DNA from: Synechococcus sp. A15-24
GTDB lineage: Bacteria > Cyanobacteriota > Cyanobacteriia > PCC-6307 > Cyanobiaceae
DNA: 32,000 nucleotides
Direction: 5' to 3'
Assembly: GCF_014280195.1 (NCBI RefSeq)
Contig: NZ_CP047960.1
Coordinates: forward strand, 1,710,001 to 1,742,000
Shown here: positions 26,721 through 32,000 of the stretch, piece after piece
Position numbering within the stretch: the first letter of the stretch is position 1
How the letters are laid out: each line of letters opens with the position of its first letter
Translations under genes and position numbers: made by a program
The notes under the pieces: generated by a model
The model's input: the letters and a program-made list of their open reading frames with translations, nothing else
Database searches by the model: none
Told to the model about the DNA's origin: nothing

Positions 26721-26790
26721 AGCTTAAATCCCAACGACTTTAATCTGATTCACAACCCACCTTCCAACCATTTCTTCAATTCCTTCTCCG

Positions 26791-29250
26791 ATGTCTGATT
26801 TCACCCCTGTTCATGTTCCCCTTGATGGAGACGACTTTATCGTTTATGGTCCGACAGTAAAGCTCAACAAGCGAGCTGGATTCGAAGAATCAAAAGGTAG
26901 AATTCGATCATTTATGGTTTTCGATGGAGATCTTGACACTCCATTGGACATCGGAATGGAGTTCAACAAGGCAGCTCTGAAAAATTTGCCTGGATCCCTT
27001 GAGAATCGTCAAGACCGGGGTGATTATCTTGCGGGCGAATTTGAGATCGAGCTTGCGTATCCAGAGAACAGTACTGTTTTCAATCTACTGACGTGGACGT
27101 GGGTTGCTGGTCCTAATGGAACTCAAACTGACGGCCATGGACCCGACGGAGTTTACGACGTCGATCATTTCGATTTTCACTTTTACTTAAATTCTCAAGA
27201 AGTTAGAGATACCATTAATGTTTTCTATTCGCCAGATGAATACGCGAAGGCGCAGATTGCTCCCCCTGTTGATTTCTGGCCAGAGGACTACAAGCGTCCG
27301 GTCGACGCCTTCATGAATGGAATCGGAGTAGCTCCAGGCGATGGAAGTCACTGGAATAATGTACTTTATCCCGAATTTGAGCAGGTTGACAACGACGAGA
27401 TCTACCAGTTCTTTGAGTCCAGTGGCGTTCCCTTTGGTCCTGATCAAAGGACTGTTCAGTATGGCGCCTATGACGGGCACATGACGCTTCTCGAGCCGAT
27501 GACAACCCGAGACTATCTGCTCTCCAAAAAAAGTTCGTCAGACTCGATTCAGCAACCCGATAAATATTTTAAATCTGGATATTTTCCTAAAAGCTACGAA
27601 ATTGATTTTGTTAAAGGAGATGATTTTCCATATAAGGTCTATTTGAGTGATCTTGAATATCACGAGGCCTCGACACCACCGGAGAGGCGCAATGAACCTC
27701 CAACTGAAATCCTAATCGATAATAAAAAAATATATAATAATGTTGAATACCTTAATTTGGTCGGTGTTCTTGAGACCGTTGATGAGCATGGTCCATTTCG
27801 GAAAAAAGACGATCACGTTTATGCGCTTCCATTTGGAATTCCTCCGGTCCTGGTGGACGATGCTGAGGGCCGATTCATTGTTAACGGCAACCAAATTCTT
27901 ATCAATGATGATCCTGAGCTTGAAGCCGGTGAAACATATACAATCAAAGTTAGAAGCGTTGACTCAGGCGGTTTAAGTGTCGTGGAAGAAATTGAAATAG
28001 AGGTTGATGATCTAGGAGGACCCTCTAGCCCAACTCCTTCGAAGCAGCAAAGGAAGTTACTGGATGGATCTGATACTTGGAACATTTATAGGCTTTCAAA
28101 TCCAGACAAAAAAGTTAAACTTAAGAACACTGATCTACCTGGCATCGTATCTAGCATGGCAGGTCCAACATCGTTTGACCTGAGTAAAGCATTGTTGGAT
28201 GATGCAAATCTAAAAGGCAGCATTCTAGAGAGTGTGAACCTTCGCAAGGCTCAGCTTCGTAATGCCAATTTATACGGTGCGTACGCTTTTGCAGTTAATC
28301 TCTCGAAAACAGATCTGCGTAACGCAGACCTGCGCGGAGCAGACCTGAGTGCAGCAAATCTCAGGGGTGCTGATCTCAGAGGCGCTGATCTCAGAGGTGC
28401 CTTCCTTACAGCTGGCGCAGACTTAACGAATGCCAATCTTGAGGGTGCGAATCTCAACGGTGCCGACCTAATTACAGCCAATCTGACGGGCGCAAATTTC
28501 ACTGATGCGACAACAAAGAATGCATCTTTGAGGTTTACGACTGTGGACGATGCTGTGTTTGATAATGTTGATCTCTCAACCGTCAATGCATTTGGAGTTG
28601 ATTTTGATACAGCTGCCAGTATTGAAGACACGATCCTTCCCGAGGGAAGCACCTACACAGATCTCCAAGGTGCCTTGTTTGCTGGAGCAGACACTTGGAA
28701 TGAACTGCGTCGCGAAGTCTTTGAAGGTCCCCTTGATCTCAGTGGGATGGACTTTCCACCGATTGGTTTTGATCTGCAAGGCTACGATCTGACAAACGTC
28801 ACACTTGACGATTCCTACATGGAATTTGTCGACCTGACAGGAGTTGACCTGAGTGGATCCAGTCTTCGAGGAGCAAATATGTTTGGCGCGACGCTGTCTG
28901 AAGCAAACCTTGAAGATGCTGATCTAACTGGTGCATTTCTACCCGGCTCGATTCACGTTGAAACCAATTACAAAGATGCAATACTTGACAAGACAGTGTT
29001 TTCGGGAGCTGAAGTTAATGGAACTGATTTTACTAACGCAAGCTTTAAAGATGCTGATATTCGATTTGTGAACCAAGCAATTTCCAGAGAGATTGCTATG
29101 GGAGATTTTGAACCAGCCAACTTTACCGGTGCTGATTTAAGTGGATCCAGATTTAGGGCCTCAATTTTCAGAGGATCAACTTTTACTGGGGTTGATTTTT
29201 CTGAGCTTGAAGACGTTACTGCTACGGACTTCTCCGAGATCACGATTTAG
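26791..29250 (+). CDS. multidomain protein: unassigned His-motif domain (paralogous to 23810..24829), cadherin-like domain and pentapeptide-repeat blocks; no signal peptide
   Basis: The N-terminal domain carries TDGHGPDG, HFDFHFY, EPMTTRDYLLSKK and IQQPDKYFKSGYFPKSY. The cadherin-like segment is at about 27690-28005 (RFIVNGNQILINDDPELEAGETYTIKVRSVDSGGLSVVEEIEIEVDD). The A(D/N)LXX repeats include ADLRGADLSAANLRGADLRGADLRGAFL and run to the C-terminus. Confidence 0.7.
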   Translation: MSDFTPVHVPLDGDDFIVYGPTVKLNKRAGFEESKGRIRSFMVFDGDLDTPLDIGMEFNKAALKNLPGSLENRQDRGDYLAGEFEIELAYPENSTVFNLLTWTWVAGPNGTQTDGHGPDGVYDVDHFDFHFYLNSQEVRDTINVFYSPDEYAKAQIAPPVDFWPEDYKRPVDAFMNGIGVAPGDGSHWNNVLYPEFEQVDNDEIYQFFESSGVPFGPDQRTVQYGAYDGHMTLLEPMTTRDYLLSKKSSSDSIQQPDKYFKSGYFPKSYEIDFVKGDDFPYKVYLSDLEYHEASTPPERRNEPPTEILIDNKKIYNNVEYLNLVGVLETVDEHGPFRKKDDHVYALPFGIPPVLVDDAEGRFIVNGNQILINDDPELEAGETYTIKVRSVDSGGLSVVEEIEIEVDDLGGPSSPTPSKQQRKLLDGSDTWNIYRLSNPDKKVKLKNTDLPGIVSSMAGPTSFDLSKALLDDANLKGSILESVNLRKAQLRNANLYGAYAFAVNLSKTDLRNADLRGADLSAANLRGADLRGADLRGAFLTAGADLTNANLEGANLNGADLITANLTGANFTDATTKNASLRFTTVDDAVFDNVDLSTVNAFGVDFDTAASIEDTILPEGSTYTDLQGALFAGADTWNELRREVFEGPLDLSGMDFPPIGFDLQGYDLTNVTLDDSYMEFVDLTGVDLSGSSLRGANMFGATLSEANLEDADLTGAFLPGSIHVETNYKDAILDKTVFSGAEVNGTDFTNASFKDADIRFVNQAISREIAMGDFEPANFTGADLSGSRFRASIFRGSTFTGVDFSELEDVTATDFSEITI
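28180..29230 (+). repeat. coding pentapeptide-repeat region (includes 15-nt tandem units around 28330-28395)
   Basis: Nucleotide units such as ggtgctgatctcaga / ggcgctgatctcaga translate to GADLR GADLR. The repeat periodicity continues, with interruptions, to the end of the gene. Confidence 0.6.
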
Positions 29251-29288
29251 ACCAGTTATTACCTGATCAACCCAGTCTTCGACTTTCC

Positions 29289-29310
29289 TTCTTGCCTCCC
29301 TTGGCAAGAA
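29289..29310. terminator. weak hairpin between convergent genes (possible terminator)
   Basis: The stem is ttcttgcc (29289-29296) paired with ggcaagaa (29303-29310), with a 6-nt loop. The downstream T-tract is poor (agatttg). Confidence 0.3.
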
Positions 29311-29339
29311 AGATTTGAAATGTTATTCAAAACAAAATA

Positions 29340-30035
29340 CTAACTCAAGCGTGCCATCTCCAAAGGGATCAATTCATCATATTCCAAGTCTCCCTTCACT
29401 TTTAGTAGGATATCTCCTGCATCGATTCCATCGTAAAAATCCGGAGTGTTTGCTGACAAGATCCCTTTGGTTCGCTTCTTATTGATTTTGAATATCAAAT
29501 CAGCATCGGAAATTCGCAAGGCCTTAAATTCTTTTTTTGATCTAGATACACCTAGGCGTATTCCCTTCAACCTAGCTGTTGCCGAGGCGAGAATGATGCT
29601 TTCGCCTTTTTCGAAGCTTAGATCTTTAATCTTATCCAAACGGCGATCACTCAATGTGGCCATATCTAAATCGAGGACAAATACATCTTTTCCGGCTTTT
29701 CCTCTAGCCTCTTGACCTTTTCCAGACAAGGTAATGATATCTGCGTCAGAAGTTCCGATTAGCTTGCTCCCAAGTGTCGGCGATGATATAGCCCCATCGG
29801 TTGGGGGCATTTTTGACTTGGCCAATGCAAATAACTCCATGGCATCATTATCACCATTATTTTGATTGACAACTGGATGATCATGAGCGCTGGAGGAGTT
29901 GTTTAGCCCTGCATTGATCCATCCATTTCCTTGCCCGATTGACGACCATGAACCCGAACTTGGCACCCCTGTTATGTGGAAGAGCGGACCACGGTTTTGG
30001 TCTTGCCAACCACCTTTTTGTTTCAGCGGCCTCAT
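29340..30035 (-). CDS. hypothetical protein with an N/G/S-rich N-terminus and a degenerate RTX (hemolysin-type Ca-binding)-like segment
   Basis: LIGTSDADIITLSGKGQEARGKAGKDVFVLD followed by DKIKDLSFEKGESIIL resembles the tail of RTX-type repeat proteins (G.D.L.G..G.D.F.. then D.I.DF..GD.I.L). It lacks clean GGxGxD nonamers. I use the ATG at 30035; the ORF-track start at 30059 is TTG. Confidence 0.4.
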   Translation of the reverse strand: MRPLKQKGGWQDQNRGPLFHITGVPSSGSWSSIGQGNGWINAGLNNSSSAHDHPVVNQNNGDNDAMELFALAKSKMPPTDGAISSPTLGSKLIGTSDADIITLSGKGQEARGKAGKDVFVLDLDMATLSDRRLDKIKDLSFEKGESIILASATARLKGIRLGVSRSKKEFKALRISDADLIFKINKKRTKGILSANTPDFYDGIDAGDILLKVKGDLEYDELIPLEMARLS

Positions 30036-30189
30036 GCTTTGAAGGTGGATCAGGGGCAATTTATTTTAATACCGAAATCAATCACAGAACGCAATCGAAC
30101 AGAGGTGTGACCGAATAAGAAAGACATTCCCAGCCTGGCTGCGATCGCAAATCAGTAGAGTGCGCTTCAACTCGGCCTTCGAGCATTGA

Positions 30190-30828
30190 TCACGTCTCAA
30201 ACTGGATACCAACCGAATGCATCCTCACATCGTTCGGGGCGCCAAGTTGCCCTTGAAGAGCCTGCGATTCATATATGGCCAGTTCCGCCAAACGTTGGGT
30301 GACCACCTCTCGCGGCCAACGGGATTCTGCAAGCGTCCAATAAAGGCCGAAATGACGTGCCTCGCTCAACAACAAACCGCCATAGAGCTCACGTAGATCT
30401 GGATCAGAGCTGTGCTCAGCAAGCAGGGCCATCCGCTCGTGTGAGCGCGCTTCGATTAATCCCGCCACGAGAAACGAATCCAGCATGCGCAATGGCTCCA
30501 CCTTCCGGATGTGTTTTGCAAGTTCTGCTCCATAACCAGGGGAGGGCAGCGGCTCCAGATAGCGACCACGGGCCTTGATCAGAGCCAGAACCTGCTCAAA
30601 GTGATCGAGCTCTTCACGGGCCAGAGGACTCAGCACTTCTCCGAGACCAGGCTCACAGAGGTAGCGAAACATCATCTGTACAGCTGATCCAGCCGCTTTT
30701 CGCTCGCAATGGGCGTGATCGATCAGCACCTCCATCGGACGGGCATTGGCCTGTTCGACCCAGCTCCAGCTGGTGGGGGCGTTCAACCAGCGGATGGACG
30801 CAATGCTTTTCTGCGGTGTGCTGATCAT
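30190..30828 (-). CDS. miaE: tRNA-(ms2io6A)-hydroxylase (non-heme diiron MiaE family)
   Basis: The sequences LIDHAHCERKAAGSAV, LAREELDHFEQV, LIEARSHERM and LLSEARHF give the paired E...ExxH diiron motifs characteristic of MiaE. I use the ATG at 30828 (MISTPQKS), 2 nt downstream of the aroQ stop. Confidence 0.8.
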   Translation of the reverse strand: MISTPQKSIASIRWLNAPTSWSWVEQANARPMEVLIDHAHCERKAAGSAVQMMFRYLCEPGLGEVLSPLAREELDHFEQVLALIKARGRYLEPLPSPGYGAELAKHIRKVEPLRMLDSFLVAGLIEARSHERMALLAEHSSDPDLRELYGGLLLSEARHFGLYWTLAESRWPREVVTQRLAELAIYESQALQGQLGAPNDVRMHSVGIQFET

Positions 30829-30830
30829 TA

Positions 30831-31268
30831 TCAGCCCTCTCGCAAGTGTTGGATCAAGCCCTGAAGGGCCAGGGAATAGCTCATGGGACCGAAGCCGCAA
30901 ACCACGCCAACAGCGCGATCAGCCAGGTAAGAACGATGCCGAAAACTTTCACGGGCGTGGGTGTTGCTGAGGTGCAGCTCCACGTAGGGAATCGCTGCCC
31001 CCAGCAGAGCATCCCTGAGCGCAATGGAGGTGTGGGTATAAGCGCCGGCATTGATCAGAATCCCCTGGCTGGATCCCACCGCCTGATGAATGCGCTCCAC
31101 CAGTGCCCCTTCAAAATTGCTTTGGAAGCACTCCAGCTCTGCCCCAGCAGCGGTGGCCTCCTGCCTCAGTCGATCTTCAATTGATGAAAGCGTTCCGCTG
31201 CCGTAGATCCCTGGCTCACGCTGGCCCAGCAGATTGAGGTTGGGTCCGTTCAGCAGCAGCAGGTGCAT
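30831..31268 (-). CDS. aroQ: type II 3-dehydroquinate dehydratase
   Basis: The product is [23 protein letters not shown]....[17 protein letters not shown]....[18 protein letters not shown]. This is a full-length canonical AroQ signature. Confidence 0.93.
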   Translation of the reverse strand: MHLLLLNGPNLNLLGQREPGIYGSGTLSSIEDRLRQEATAAGAELECFQSNFEGALVERIHQAVGSSQGILINAGAYTHTSIALRDALLGAAIPYVELHLSNTHARESFRHRSYLADRAVGVVCGFGPMSYSLALQGLIQHLREG

Positions 31269-31353
31269 GGCCGCAGGCCCGTATCACATGGGTCGATCGT
31301 ATCGATTCGGTCATGAGCGTCACACCTGCTGGTAGGTTCTTCGAGTGTGGTTC

Positions 31354-31435
31354 GGGTCGGTGCCCGAGTGGTTAATGGGGGCGGACTGTAAATCCGCTGG
31401 CTCTGCCTACGTTGGTTCAAATCCAACCCGGCCCA
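31354..31435 (+). tRNA. tRNA-Tyr (anticodon GTA), long variable arm, CCA not encoded
   Basis: I folded it by hand. The acceptor stem is GGGTCGG/CCGGCCC. The D arm is CCCG..GGGG. The anticodon stem-loop is GCGGA-CTGTAAA-TCCGC. A long variable arm and the T arm GTTGG-TTCAAAT-CCAAC follow, with discriminator A. The layout parallels E. coli tRNA-Tyr. Confidence 0.9.
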
Positions 31436-31445
31436 TCCTCCACAT

Positions 31446-31517
<72 letters not shown>

Positions 31518-31518
31518 T

Positions 31519-32000
31519 TCATCCCTGCAGATCCACCACCGCCGACTGTGGTGCCAGGAAACGCCCATCACACGTTCCACTCGTCCAGATCGTGGAGGTC
31601 CCTGGCTGTATTTCCAGGCTTTGGGAGGTGCTGCGGTTAACCCAAATGCTTAATCCACTTGACGTTCTTCCCAGCAGTCCGTCGCGTCCAGTCGGCTGCC
31701 ACTGCAGATCGCCGCGAATGAGATTGGGGTGGTTTCGCCGGAGATCAGCCAGGCCAGCAATGGTTGACCTCAGATCCGCAGGCCAGGGTTCACCCCAGGG
31801 AAAGGCTTCACGGCAGGCGGGTTCCGGGCCCCCCGACTGCTCCGCATCTGGACCACCGGCCAGAGCCGCTTCGGTGCCGTAGTACACGCATGGGGCCCCC
31901 TGCTGCAGGAAGAGCAGCAGCAGGGCTAGTTTCAGAGCCTTCACGTCCCCATTGAGGCTGTGGAGTGCCCGAGGAACATCGTGGCTATCGAGCAGGTTCA
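31519..32000 (-). CDS. GH13 alpha-amylase-family glycoside hydrolase, C-terminal part (gene continues past the right edge)
   Basis: The frame stays open to the window edge. Reverse translation of 31970-32000 gives NLLDSHDVPR (GH13 conserved region IV). This is followed by LFLQQGAPCVYYGTE and a C-terminal beta-domain-like tail. Confidence 0.7.
   Translation of the reverse strand, partial: NLLDSHDVPRALHSLNGDVKALKLALLLLFLQQGAPCVYYGTEAALAGGPDAEQSGGPEPACREAFPWGEPWPADLRSTIAGLADLRRNHPNLIRGDLQWQPTGRDGLLGRTSSGLSIWVNRSTSQSLEIQPGTSTIWTSGTCDGRFLAPQSAVVDLQG

Larger units (their letters stand above)
4400..30100. other. lower-GC accessory block (genomic island-like) with no mobility genes in view
   Basis: GC drops by eye and by spot counts of 60-nt lines. 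Flanks are 60-63%. The interior is 42-53%, with stretches near 23%. The edges fall in the SulP/glgX junction and in the 30060-30190 intergenic region. I found no flanking direct repeats by eye. Confidence 0.55.

Noticed and set aside
28306-28400. Short tandem nucleotide repeats of about 15 nt that superficially resemble a repeat array.
   Set aside because: They are in-frame pentapeptide (ADLRG) codons within a long ORF. There are no spacers and no CRISPR-like architecture.
4400-30100. I searched the island for integrases, transposases, phage genes, toxin-antitoxin pairs, restriction-modification genes, CRISPR-Cas and other known defence signatures.
   Set aside because: No translated ORF showed the hallmark motifs: tyrosine or serine recombinase, DDE transposase, Cas, nuclease/helicase/ATPase P-loop defence modules, or methyltransferase motifs. 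The island cargo appears enzymatic and envelope-related instead.
30141-30148. A HIP1-type octamer, GCGATCGC.
   Set aside because: I found only one exact occurrence in 32 kb, so there is no evidence of enrichment.

Overview
The window looks like a picocyanobacterial (marine Synechococcus-like) chromosome segment. That assignment is an inference from gene content: an SLH-OprB porin, a VKOR-type thioredoxin domain, and the hemB/aroQ/miaE context. High-GC core flanks bracket a block of about 25.7 kb (about 4400-30100) with clearly lower GC. The left flank carries hemB, a DnaJ-class chaperone, a small Trx-like protein and a SulP permease. The right flank carries miaE, aroQ, tRNA-Tyr, tRNA-Thr and a GH13 fragment. 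My spot GC counts of single 60-nt lines are 63% at 601-660 and 60% at 30601-30660. Inside the block they are 47% at 5401-5460, 42% at 9001-9060, 48% at 18001-18060 and 23% at 27701-27760. I saw no integrase, transposase, CRISPR array or recognisable defence gene in the block. It begins with glgX and an AGE-superfamily/STAS fusion at intermediate GC. It then carries small redox and electrophile-handling enzyme families: TPR-2OG-Fe(II) oxygenase, tandem EthD, VOC, DJ-1/PfpI, a CMD/AhpD-like protein, and five NTF2/SnoaL-like proteins, four of them in a tandem array. It also carries putative envelope proteins. These are two tandemly duplicated giant multicopper-oxidase/FG-GAP fusions, a Sec-exported protein of unknown family, an SLH-OprB porin, and an 819-aa protein. 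The 819-aa protein combines the same unknown domain with a cadherin-like domain and pentapeptide repeats. Three observations seem most notable. First, the MCO pair has an internal 367-nt near-identical tract. Second, a pentapeptide-repeat module of about 107 aa is shared between MCO paralog 2 and the 819-aa protein. Third, the whole neighbourhood may form an uncharacterised extracellular-oxidation and clean-up system. All functional calls rest on reading the translated ORFs for family motifs from memory. No database search was run.
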